A stretch of DNA of 64,000 bases from assembly GCA_032654565.1 (NCBI GenBank), contig JAULAX010000018.1:416001-480000 (forward strand), read 5' to 3'. The notes beneath the pieces are model-generated. The model searched no databases. It was not told the origin of the DNA and saw nothing but the letters and a program-made list of their open reading frames with translations. Made by a program: the position numbers and the translations under genes. The DNA is from Anaeromyxobacteraceae bacterium (GTDB lineage Bacteria > Myxococcota > Myxococcia > Myxococcales > Anaeromyxobacteraceae). Below, one piece after another: positions 27,427 to 35,907 of this stretch; the stretch's first letter is position 1, and every line of letters begins with the position of its first letter.

Positions 27427-28707
27427 TCAGCGGATCCCGATGGGGGGGCGCGGGGGGGAGCCGCAGACCCCGAGCCGCTCGGCCAGCCCCGGGAAGGCGC
27501 AGGCGCAGGACCCGGCGGGCGTGGCGGCGCCGCTCCAGGCGGTGGGGCGGGACGGGTCGCGCGGGGCCGGGACCACCAGCGAGCCGACGAAGTCGCCCCG
27601 GGTGTAGACGGCGTCGATGAGCGCGGCCAGCTTGCCGACCTCGGCCGCCGTGACCTGCCCGCTCGAGGTGGCCTGGTAGAACTGCACCGTCACCCGGACC
27701 GGGAAGCGCGGATCGCGCTCGATGGTGAGGCCGGCCAGCTCGGTGAACGGCCCCTCCAGCTCGCCGTGGCCGAGCACCGCCTGCTCCATGGCGTCGGCCG
27801 CCTCGGCCATGGGGGCCGCCTTGGCCTCCGACTTCATCATGGGCGAAGGGGCTCCGGAGCCCAGGGCGTAGGCGCGGCGCGGCCGCTCCACGCGCAGCGG
27901 CACCTGGATGAGCATGAGCAGGTTGGCGTCCTCGCCGAGGCTGGCGGAGGACTCACCGTTCATGGTGACGCCGCTGGCCTCCACGTCGGAGCGCCGCTCG
28001 GCGGTGAGGGGGGCCCGCTGGCCGCCGTCGTTGAAGAAGAGCCGCTGCCCCCAGGCCCCGGTGCCGACCTGGTCGCGGCCGTTGTCGACGATCGACGCCG
28101 AGGTCCCCTGGCGTGTCACCAGCAGGGTCAGGACCGCGGGGTGGCCGGCCGTCGACTGGTAGTTGAAGATGACCGGGTGGAAGGTGGCCCGGGCGCCGCG
28201 GGGCACGGGCAGGAAGGCGGCCTGCGCCGAGACCAGCGCGTGGGTGTCGCGCGGGGCCAGCAGGGTGCCGCCGCGGATGGCGCCGTTCCCGGGCGCCGAG
28301 AGGAAGCGCCCCGGCTCCGCCAGCAGCTCGCGCAGCGTCACCACCTGCTCGGGGGCGCCCGGGCGCTGGTTGCCGGTGCGGAGCCAGACCTTGTCGAGCG
28401 CCACGTCGGCGGTCCGGTCGGCGAAGTTGGGGAAGCGCAGCACCGGCATCAGCGACGGGGCCCGCCCGGCGCCGTTGGCCACGGCGATGGTCACGTCGGA
28501 GATGTTGGGGCCGACCGACGAGCCCTGGTGCCGCCCGGTGTCCTCCCAGAGCACGTTGACGAACTGCAGGCCGCGGGCGCCGGCGAGCCGCTGCGCCTCG
28601 GGGTCGGAGACCAGGGCGGCGACCCGGTCGACGGCGGAGCCCGGCGGGACGGCGACGGCGTGGGCGGTGAGCAGGGCGGCGAGGGCGGCGGCGAGCGGGC
28701 TGTGCAT
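27427..28707 (-). CDS. Secreted hypothetical protein
   Basis: Signal peptide, strong GC3 bias, 426 aa, no recognised family. Confidence 0.75.
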   Translation of the reverse strand: MHSPLAAALAALLTAHAVAVPPGSAVDRVAALVSDPEAQRLAGARGLQFVNVLWEDTGRHQGSSVGPNISDVTIAVANGAGRAPSLMPVLRFPNFADRTADVALDKVWLRTGNQRPGAPEQVVTLRELLAEPGRFLSAPGNGAIRGGTLLAPRDTHALVSAQAAFLPVPRGARATFHPVIFNYQSTAGHPAVLTLLVTRQGTSASIVDNGRDQVGTGAWGQRLFFNDGGQRAPLTAERRSDVEASGVTMNGESSASLGEDANLLMLIQVPLRVERPRRAYALGSGAPSPMMKSEAKAAPMAEAADAMEQAVLGHGELEGPFTELAGLTIERDPRFPVRVTVQFYQATSSGQVTAAEVGKLAALIDAVYTRGDFVGSLVVPAPRDPSRPTAWSGAATPAGSCACAFPGLAERLGVCGSPPRPPIGIR

Positions 28708-28727
28708 GGTCGGCTCCGGCGTGCGTT

Positions 28728-28829
28728 GAAGGACTCTGGGACGGGAAGCGGAAGGACTCTGGGACGGGAAGCGGGGACGGGAAGCGAATTACTCTGGGAC
28801 GGGAATCGAACGGGGACGGGAATCGAACG
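28728..28829. repeat. Mosaic tandem repeat of the GAAnnACTCTGGGACGGG family
   Basis: GAAGGACTCTGGGACGGGAAGCG x2 (28728-28773), GGGACGGGAAGC, GAATTACTCTGGGACGGGAATCGAACG, GGGACGGGAATCGAACG. Confidence 0.88.
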
Positions 28830-28951
28830 GCTCTCTCCAAGGTGAACGCGCCGGGCCGGGGAACGATCTGGAGGACCGCGCCGCGGCCGGTGGTCCGCCG
28901 CCCGGCCGGTGGGCGGGACGCCCCAGGTTCCTGATCACGGCCGGTTGGGCG

Positions 28952-28967
28952 CGGCACCGGGGCTGCA
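28952..28967 (+). promoter_or_regulatory. Putative sigma54 promoter
   Basis: CGGCACCGGGGCTGCA with GG-N10-GC spacing; GC at 28965-28966, ATG at 28980. Confidence 0.4.
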
Positions 28968-28979
28968 TCCCCCCGCCGC

Positions 28980-29318
28980 ATGACCCCGTTCGACACCTCC
29001 ACCGAGCTGGCCTGCCGGTCGTCGACGGCGGGCGCCGACCTCGGCCTGGCGGCCGACGTGGCCGAGGCCTGGGTCGAGGTGGCCAGGCTGCGGCGGCTGG
29101 CCAGGCTGGCGGCCAGCGAGGCGCTGGAGCGGCGAGGGCTGGTGGCCGCCTGCGCCGGCGACCCGCTCCACCCCAGGACCCAGGGGCTGTCGGCGGCGGC
29201 CGAGTTCCACGCGGCGCGGGCCACGGCGGCGGCCGAGCGGGCGCGCGACTCGGAGCGCCGGGCGGCGGAGCTGGAGCTGCGCCACCAGCTGGCCTGCCGG
29301 GAGGCCCGGTGCGCGTGA
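28980..29318 (+). CDS. Hypothetical helical protein
   Basis: Ala/Arg/Glu-rich ORF; stop overlaps next start (GTGA). Confidence 0.5.
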   Translation: MTPFDTSTELACRSSTAGADLGLAADVAEAWVEVARLRRLARLAASEALERRGLVAACAGDPLHPRTQGLSAAAEFHAARATAAAERARDSERRAAELELRHQLACREARCA

Positions 29319-29962
29319 GCGAGGAGGTGAGGGTGACCGAGCAGCGGCGCGAGGCGGGGCGGCGCGGCGACTTCGGCGCGGCGCTGCAACGGGCGGAGGC
29401 CAGGCGCGCCGAGGCGGGGCGGGCCGACGCCGGCCGGGCGGCGCAGCAGGCCGGAGAGCGGCTCACGCAGGCACGGCGGACCGGCGCCGGGGGCCGTCCC
29501 GACACCGACGCGGCGGTGAAGCCATCCGGTGCGGGGCCCGGCGAAGCGGCGGCCAGTGGAGGCCGGGGCGAGCGCGCAGCGGGTGGGGCCGGCGGCGAGC
29601 CGGCGGGAGCGAGCGGCGCGCTGGCGTCGAGCCGTCCACATGGCGCAGGGGGCGAGCCGGGCCTGGCCGCCGACCCGGCCCGGGCGGCGCTCACCCAGGC
29701 GATCCGGGCGCTGCCCCCGGTCATCGAGGCCTTCGGCGGCGCCGGGCGCGAGGTGCTGGCCATCGACTTCGGCGGCGCGCTGGCCGTGGAGCTGCGCCAG
29801 GCGGCCGGCGGGGTGGCGGTCCAGCTCTCGGCGCCGGGGTCGCTCCAGCCGGCGGCGCGCACCGAGCTGGCCGGGCTCTGCCGGGCGCTGGCGTCGCGTG
29901 GCGTGGTGGTGGTGAGCGCCGAGGTGCGCGGGAGTCCACCGGGGCCGGGGCGCCGACGTTGA
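29315..29962 (+). CDS. Hypothetical protein, possible FliK/SctP-like C-terminal domain
   Basis: Low-complexity N-terminus, then LAVELRQAAGGVAVQL...ELAGLCRALASRGVVVVSAEV. Confidence 0.45.
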   Translation: MSEEVRVTEQRREAGRRGDFGAALQRAEARRAEAGRADAGRAAQQAGERLTQARRTGAGGRPDTDAAVKPSGAGPGEAAASGGRGERAAGGAGGEPAGASGALASSRPHGAGGEPGLAADPARAALTQAIRALPPVIEAFGGAGREVLAIDFGGALAVELRQAAGGVAVQLSAPGSLQPAARTELAGLCRALASRGVVVVSAEVRGSPPGPGRRR

Positions 29963-29987
29963 CGGCCCTCCGGGCCTTCGCTACAAG
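29959..29987 (+). promoter_or_regulatory. Sigma70-type promoter of tRNA-Cys
   Basis: TTGACG-17 bp-TACAAG, then a GC-rich discriminator. Confidence 0.65.
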
Positions 29988-30000
29988 GGGCCCCCGGTAG

Positions 30001-30075
30001 GGCACCGTCGCCAAGTGGTAAGGCAAGGGTCTGCAAAACCCTTATTCCCCGGTTCGAATCCGGGCGGTGCCTCCA
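30001..30075 (+). tRNA. tRNA-Cys(GCA)
   Basis: Acceptor stem GGCACCG/CGGTGCC, anticodon arm AGGGT-CTGCAAA-ACCCT, GGTTCGAATCC, encoded CCA. Confidence 0.97.
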
Positions 30076-30242
30076 ACACCCTTCCAGTCCTGGTCTTCCT
30101 CGTGGTCCAAGCCCCTTCCGGGGCGGTAGCCCGGGCGACACCTTGTTCGTCGGCCTCGGCTGGGCCACGCTCGCCGCCGGTCATGGTCGCCGCCGGCGTG
30201 GCGCGCCGCCTGGGCCAGCCGACGACTTCACCGGGAGATGAC

Positions 30243-30863
30243 ATGCGCAGACTGCTGCTGGCCGCCCTGCTGGTCCTCGCCGTCCCCACCACCTCGCACG
30301 CCCTCGTGGGCCTCGGCCTTCGGCTCGGCTACGGGGTGCCGAACGGCGACCTGGCCAAGGGATCCAAGTACAAGGACACCATCGACTCGCAGGTGCCGCT
30401 CCAGCTGGACGTCATGTTCGGTCCGCGGTCCGCGCAGTACGGCCTCTACGTCGGGTATGCGCCCAACCAGGTCGACACCACCGGCATCCCCTCCTCCATC
30501 TCCATCACCTCCTCGACCACCCGGGTCGGGCTCCAGGCCACCCGGCAGCTCCTCGACCTCGGGCTGGTGGGGATCTGGGCCGGGGCCGCCAGCGGCCTGG
30601 AGATCTTCCAGCTGGAGATGAAGGGTCCGATCCCCACGGCCAGGATGCAGGTCCGGGGCTGGGAGTTCCTCACCGTCACGGCCGGCGTCGACATGAAGGC
30701 GCTGCCGCTGCTCGACCTCGGCGCCTTCGTCAGCGCCGGCTTCGGCCAGTTCGGCGTCTCCACGCTCAAGGTCAGCGGCGTCGAGACCACCCAGGGGATC
30801 GGCGCCGACAAGCGGGTCCACGGCCTGGTCCAGCTCGGCCTCCGGGGAATGATCAGCCTCTAG
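30243..30863 (+). CDS. Outer-membrane beta-barrel protein
   Basis: Signal peptide, alternating amphipathic strands (LGLRLGYG...VQLGLRGMISL). Confidence 0.78.
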   Translation: MRRLLLAALLVLAVPTTSHALVGLGLRLGYGVPNGDLAKGSKYKDTIDSQVPLQLDVMFGPRSAQYGLYVGYAPNQVDTTGIPSSISITSSTTRVGLQATRQLLDLGLVGIWAGAASGLEIFQLEMKGPIPTARMQVRGWEFLTVTAGVDMKALPLLDLGAFVSAGFGQFGVSTLKVSGVETTQGIGADKRVHGLVQLGLRGMISL

Positions 30864-31836
30864 CCGTCGGCGCCAGCCAGCCCCGCTCCAGGTACCAGCG
30901 GGCGGCGCGGGCCACCGACTCGGCCAGCGGCGTGGCGGCGGTGAAGCCGAGCCGCGCCCTGGCCTTGCCGGTGTCGCAGACCCAGCCCGGCGCCAGCAGC
31001 TGCTTGGCCAGCTTGCGGTTGAGCGGCAGCCGCCGCCCGGTGAGCCGGGTGACCAGGTCGGCGAGCGCCGCGGCGCCGGAGAGGAGCGGCGCCGGCACGT
31101 CGACGCGGCGGGTCTCGACGCCGAGGGCCTGGCCGGCCGCCACCATCAGCCCCTGCGCCGTGGTCCGCTCGTCGCTGGCCAGGAAGTAGGCCTCGCCGAC
31201 GGCCTCGGGCCGGTCGGCCAGCAGCAGTAGCCCCTGGGCGCAGTCGTCGACGTCGATCCAGGAGAGCGGCCGCACCCCGCCGAAGCCGAGCGCCCACCCG
31301 CGCCTCGCCAGCTTGAAGAAGAGCAGGTTCTCCTTGTCCCCCGCCCCCATGATGCGCGGCGGCCGGGCCACCGTGACCGGGAGCCGGTCGCGGTAGATGA
31401 AGGCCACCCGCTCCGCCTCGGCCTTCGACTCCCCGTACCACTCGGCGGGGCGCAGCGGCTCCTCCTCGCGGCAGCCGGTGGCCGACGGGGCCGAGGCGGC
31501 CCGCGAGCCGGCCAGCACGAAGCGGCGCAGCCCCGGCGCCCCGGCCACGCAGGCGTCGAGCAGCAGGCGGGTGGCCCCGACGTTGACCCGCCAGAAGGCG
31601 TCGCGCTCGGCGGCCCGCCGCAGCCCGGCCAGGTGGAAGACCACCTCCACGCCGGCCACCGCCGCCGCCAGCGCCGCGGGATCGGTGGCGTCGCCCAGCA
31701 GCACCTCGACGCCGGGCCGCTCCAGCTCCGGCACGGGGCGGCGCACCAGGGCCCGGACCGTGTCGCCGCGCACCGTGAGGGCGCGGACCAGGGCCTGCCC
31801 GAGGAAGCCGCCGGCGCCGGTGACGAGGGCCTTCAT
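30853..31836 (-). CDS. NAD-dependent epimerase/dehydratase (extended SDR)
   Basis: LVTGAGGFLG, VFHLAG, YGESK. Confidence 0.9.
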   Translation of the reverse strand: MKALVTGAGGFLGQALVRALTVRGDTVRALVRRPVPELERPGVEVLLGDATDPAALAAAVAGVEVVFHLAGLRRAAERDAFWRVNVGATRLLLDACVAGAPGLRRFVLAGSRAASAPSATGCREEEPLRPAEWYGESKAEAERVAFIYRDRLPVTVARPPRIMGAGDKENLLFFKLARRGWALGFGGVRPLSWIDVDDCAQGLLLLADRPEAVGEAYFLASDERTTAQGLMVAAGQALGVETRRVDVPAPLLSGAAALADLVTRLTGRRLPLNRKLAKQLLAPGWVCDTGKARARLGFTAATPLAESVARAARWYLERGWLAPTARG

Positions 31837-31877
31837 GGTCGGAGACAGGAGCATGCGCCACCCGGGCCGGTCAATCT

Positions 31878-31961
31878 GGACCGCGAGGACGGGACCTCGA
31901 CGACGGGACCGCGAGGACGGGACTGCGAGGACGGGACTGCGAGGACGGGACCGCGAGGACG
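31878..31961. repeat. Six tandem 14-bp units GGACYGCGAGGACG
   Basis: Units start every 14 bp from 31878; unit 2 is degenerate. Confidence 0.92.
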
Positions 31962-32094
31962 GGACTGGGATGTCCGAACGCCCTGAGCCCGCAGGGTCAT
32001 TCGCCGGCCCGGGGGGCGAGCCTCGCAGCCTCAAGCCGCCCACCCAGGCGGAACCAGACCTGGCGAGAGGGCGCGCCCCGGAGCGCGACGAGCG

Positions 32095-32246
32095 CCCCGG
32101 CCGGCGAGTGACCCGGAGGGCGATCGACCCTGCGGACTGAAACCCCGGCCGGCGAGTGACCCGGAGGGCGATCGACCCTGCGGACTGAAACCCCGGCCGG
32201 CGAGTGACCCGGAGGGCGGTCGACCCTGCGGACTGGAGCCCCGGCC
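32095..32246. repeat. Three tandem 48-bp units CCCCGGCCGGCGAGTGACCCGGAGGGCGATCGACCCTGCGGACTGAAA
   Basis: Units start at 32095, 32143 and 32191; third has 3 mismatches; inverted partial copy near 31989-32010. Confidence 0.93.
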
Positions 32247-32299
32247 AAGACCGGAAACGGCGGGTGGAAACGGCGCGGAGGCGCGGCTAGATTGCCGGC

Positions 32300-34303
32300 A
32301 TGTCCACGCTCGTCCCCTCCGCCTGCCCGTATGACTGCCCCGACTGCTGCGGGCTGCTCGCCGAGGTGGAGGGGGGGCGGGTGGTGGCGGTGCGCGGCAA
32401 CGAGGCCCACCCATACTCGCGCGGCTCGCTCTGCCCGAAGATGGTCCACTACGAGCGGACCGTGAACCACCCGGACCGGCTCACCACGCCGCTCTTGCGG
32501 ACCGGTCCGAAGGGGGAGGGGAAGTTCCGGCGAGCCAGCTGGGACGAGGCCATCGCCCTCATCGTCTCGCGCTGGAAGGAGATCGCCGAGGAACACGGTC
32601 CCGAGGCCATCCTGCCCTACTCCTACGCCGGGACCATGGGGCTGGTGCAGCGCAACGCCGGCCACGCCTTCTTCCACAAGCTGGGCGCCTCGCAGCTGGC
32701 GCGCACCATCTGCTCGCCGGCCAAGGACGCCGGCCTCAAGGCCATCCTCGGCGACACCCCCGGCCTCGACCCGTCGGTGGTGGCCCGCGGTGACCTGATC
32801 GTGCTGTGGGGCGTCAACGCCGTGGCCGCCAACCTCCACCTCCTCCCCTACGTGAAGGAGGCCCGCAGGAACGGGGCGCGGGTCTGGCTCGTCGACACCC
32901 ACCGGACCGCCACCGCGGCGGTGGTCGACCGGACCTTCGTGGTCCAGCCCGGCTCCGACGGCGCCCTCTGCCTCGGCCTCATCCACCTGCTGGCCCGCGA
33001 CGGGCTGGCCGACGAGCCGTTCCTGGCCGCCGAGGCGCAGGGCTGGGGAGAGCTGAAGGCGGCGGCGCTGGCCGACCACCCGCCGGCCCGCACCGCGGCG
33101 CTCACCGGGCTCGACGAGCCGGCCCTGCTCGACCTGGCTCGCGGCCTGGCCGGGGCCCGGGCCCCGGTGATCCGCATCGGCGAGGGGCTGAGCCGCTACG
33201 GCAACGGCGCCATGAACGTCCGCTCCATCGCCGCCCTGGCGGCGGTGGCCGGGGTGCTGGCCAGGGGGGGCGGCTTCTTCTGGGGCGCCTCCAGCAGCGC
33301 CGCCTTCCCGGTCACCCGCTTCACCCGCCCCGACCTCATGGCCGGCCCGGCCCGCACCATCAACATGACCCGGCTCGGCCAGGCCCTCGAGGCGCTGGCG
33401 GGACCGCGAGTCATGTCACTCTGCGTTTACGCCTCCAACCCGGCGGCGGTGGCCCCCGACCAGAACGCCGTGCTGCGCGGCCTGGCCCGCCATGACCTCT
33501 TCACCGTGGTCCACGAGCGCTTCCTCACCGACACCGCCCGCTACGCCGACGTGCTGCTGCCCGCCACCACCTCGCTGGAGCACGCCGACCTCTACCGCTC
33601 CTACGGCCATTACGTGGCGCAGCGGGCCCGGGCCGCGGTCCCGCCGCTCGCCGAGTCGCTCCCCAACTGGGAGCTCTTCCGCCGGCTGGCGGCCGCCTTC
33701 GGCTTCGCGGGGTCGCCCTGGGACCTCGACGCCGACGGCGTCATCGACCTGCTGCTCTCCGGCCCCGGCTCCTGGCTGACCCCGGCCGAGCGGGCCGACC
33801 TCGACGCCGGCCGGCCGGTGACGCTGCGGCCGCCCCCCGGGCCGCGCTGGCGGACCCCGTCGGGCAAGGTGGAGCTGCTCAACCCGCGCCACCGTGAGCC
33901 GCTGCCGCGCTTGCTGCCGACCCACGCCGGGGAGGGGACGCTGCCGCTCCGGCTGCAGACCGGCCCCGCCCTCTACTCGCTCAACTCGACCTTCATGGAC
34001 CGCGACGACCTGGCCTCGAAGCGCGGCCCCATGCGCGTGCGCCTCTCGCCCGGCGAGGCGGCCCGGCGCGGCGTCGCCGACGGGGCCCGGGTGGTGGCCT
34101 TCAACGAGCTGGGCGAGGTGGAGCTGCTGGCCGAGGTGACCGACGCCGTGCCGGACGGGCTGGCCGTGGTCGAGGGGGTGCACTGGGCCCGCGACACGTT
34201 CACCGGGCGGAACATCAACGCCCTCACCTCGCAGCGGCTCACCGACGAGGCGGGCGGCTCCACCTTCTACGACAACCGCATCGACGTCCGGCTGGCCGGC
34301 TGA
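32300..34303 (+). CDS. Molybdopterin oxidoreductase (DMSO reductase superfamily, substrate unknown)
   Basis: CPYDCPDCC...GSLCPK Fe-S motif, YSYAGTMG, TDTARYADVLLPA, TPSGKVEL. Confidence 0.9.
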   Translation: MSTLVPSACPYDCPDCCGLLAEVEGGRVVAVRGNEAHPYSRGSLCPKMVHYERTVNHPDRLTTPLLRTGPKGEGKFRRASWDEAIALIVSRWKEIAEEHGPEAILPYSYAGTMGLVQRNAGHAFFHKLGASQLARTICSPAKDAGLKAILGDTPGLDPSVVARGDLIVLWGVNAVAANLHLLPYVKEARRNGARVWLVDTHRTATAAVVDRTFVVQPGSDGALCLGLIHLLARDGLADEPFLAAEAQGWGELKAAALADHPPARTAALTGLDEPALLDLARGLAGARAPVIRIGEGLSRYGNGAMNVRSIAALAAVAGVLARGGGFFWGASSSAAFPVTRFTRPDLMAGPARTINMTRLGQALEALAGPRVMSLCVYASNPAAVAPDQNAVLRGLARHDLFTVVHERFLTDTARYADVLLPATTSLEHADLYRSYGHYVAQRARAAVPPLAESLPNWELFRRLAAAFGFAGSPWDLDADGVIDLLLSGPGSWLTPAERADLDAGRPVTLRPPPGPRWRTPSGKVELLNPRHREPLPRLLPTHAGEGTLPLRLQTGPALYSLNSTFMDRDDLASKRGPMRVRLSPGEAARRGVADGARVVAFNELGEVELLAEVTDAVPDGLAVVEGVHWARDTFTGRNINALTSQRLTDEAGGSTFYDNRIDVRLAG

Positions 34304-34488
34304 GCCCGCCGCCGCCACGCCCCCGACGCCGGGACCGCTCCACGAATTGATCTTGGGACGAAGTCTCACGCCAATTCATTCGTTCTTTCGCACCCTGAAG
34401 GCCCAAAAAGCGCGCCTCCGGACCTGGCGCCATCCGGTATAAGGACGCCGGAAAGTCTTCGGCCACACTCGACGGAGGGCAGCGGCGC

Positions 34489-35892
34489 ATGAACGATTAT
34501 CGGTACGACAACCAGACCGTCCAGGGGTTCATCCTCTCGGCCATCTTCTGGGGTGTCGTGGGGATCCTGGTCGGGCTGCTCATCTCCGTCCAGCTCTGGG
34601 CTCCGGCGGCCAACTTCGCGCCCTACCTCACCTACGGCCGGCTGCGCCCGGTCCACACCAACGGCCTGGCCTTCGGCCTCGGCGCCGGCGTGATCTTCGG
34701 CCTGACCTACTACATCGTCATGCGGCTCTGCGGCCGCCCGCTGGTGTTCCCGAAGCTGGCCCGGGTCCAGCTCTGGATCTTCAACGTGGCCATCGCCGCC
34801 GCCGCGGTCTCGCTGATGATGGGCTACACCCAGTCGAACGAGTACGCCGAGCTGGAGTGGCCGCTCGACATCGGCGTGGTCATCCTCTGGGTGATGTTCG
34901 CGGTCAACGTCTTCGCCACCATCATCAAGCGCCGCGACGAGCAGATGTACGTTTCGCTCTGGTACATCATCGCCACCGTCATCGCCATCGCCGTCCTCTA
35001 CATCGTCAACAACCTCTCCATCCCGGCGGGCGGAATGAAGAGCTACCACCTCTTCGCCGGCGTGAACTCCGCCAACGTGGAGTGGTGGTACGGCCACAAC
35101 GCCGTGGGCTTCCTCTTCACCACGCCCTTCCTGGCGATGTTCTTCTACTTCATGCCCAAGTCGCTGAACCTCCCCCTCTACAGCCACCGGCTCTCCATCC
35201 TGGCCTTCTGGTCGCTGGTCTTCGGCTACCTCTGGACCGGCGCCCACCACCTGGTCTACTCGCCGCTGCCCGACTGGATCCAGACGCTGGGCATCGTCTT
35301 CACGCTCTTCCTGATCGCGCCGTCGTGGGGCTCGGTGATCAACGGCTACTACACGGTGGGCGCCGACTGGTCGAAGATGAAGACCAACTACCTCACCAAG
35401 TTCTTCATCATGGCCATCACCTTCTACGGCCTGCAGACGGTGCAGGGGCCGACCCAGGGGCTCCGCGTCGTCTCCCAGCTGATCCACTACACCGACTGGG
35501 TCCCTGGCCACGTGCACATGGGGACCATGGGCTGGGTGACGCTGACCGCCTGCGCCTCCATCTACTACGTGATCCCCAAGATCCACGGGACCGCCATCTA
35601 CTCGGAGAAGATCGCCAACATCCACTTCTGGCTGGTGATGGTCGGCCAGCTGCTCTTCTCGGTGACCATGTGGATCACCGGCATCCAGCAGGGCGCCATG
35701 TGGAAGGCCACCAACGCCGACGGGACGCTCAAGTACACCTTCGTGGAGACGCTCTCCAAGAACTACCCGTACTGGCACACCCGGACGCTGGCCGGCGTCA
35801 TCTTCACCGTCGGCATGCTCTTCTTCATCTACAACGTCCTCATGACCATCCGGCAGGGCCGGGCCAGGTCGGCCGCCGCCGCCGCGGCGTAG
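34489..35892 (+). CDS. ccoN: cbb3-type cytochrome c oxidase subunit I
   Basis: RLRPVHT, EYAELEWP, WWYGHNAVG, GYLWTGAHH, WVPGHVH. Confidence 0.95.
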   Translation: MNDYRYDNQTVQGFILSAIFWGVVGILVGLLISVQLWAPAANFAPYLTYGRLRPVHTNGLAFGLGAGVIFGLTYYIVMRLCGRPLVFPKLARVQLWIFNVAIAAAAVSLMMGYTQSNEYAELEWPLDIGVVILWVMFAVNVFATIIKRRDEQMYVSLWYIIATVIAIAVLYIVNNLSIPAGGMKSYHLFAGVNSANVEWWYGHNAVGFLFTTPFLAMFFYFMPKSLNLPLYSHRLSILAFWSLVFGYLWTGAHHLVYSPLPDWIQTLGIVFTLFLIAPSWGSVINGYYTVGADWSKMKTNYLTKFFIMAITFYGLQTVQGPTQGLRVVSQLIHYTDWVPGHVHMGTMGWVTLTACASIYYVIPKIHGTAIYSEKIANIHFWLVMVGQLLFSVTMWITGIQQGAMWKATNADGTLKYTFVETLSKNYPYWHTRTLAGVIFTVGMLFFIYNVLMTIRQGRARSAAAAAA

Positions 35893-35907
35893 GAAAGGGG
35901 GATCGAC

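Noticed and set aside
30001..30863. Integrative element at tRNA-Cys
   Set aside because: No integrase and no duplicated tRNA 3' end noticed in the window
32095..32246. CRISPR array
   Set aside because: Units are near-identical along their whole length, with no unique spacers
34347..34360. Full FNR box upstream of ccoN
   Set aside because: Only the TTGAT half is present; the second half reads GGACG rather than ATCAA
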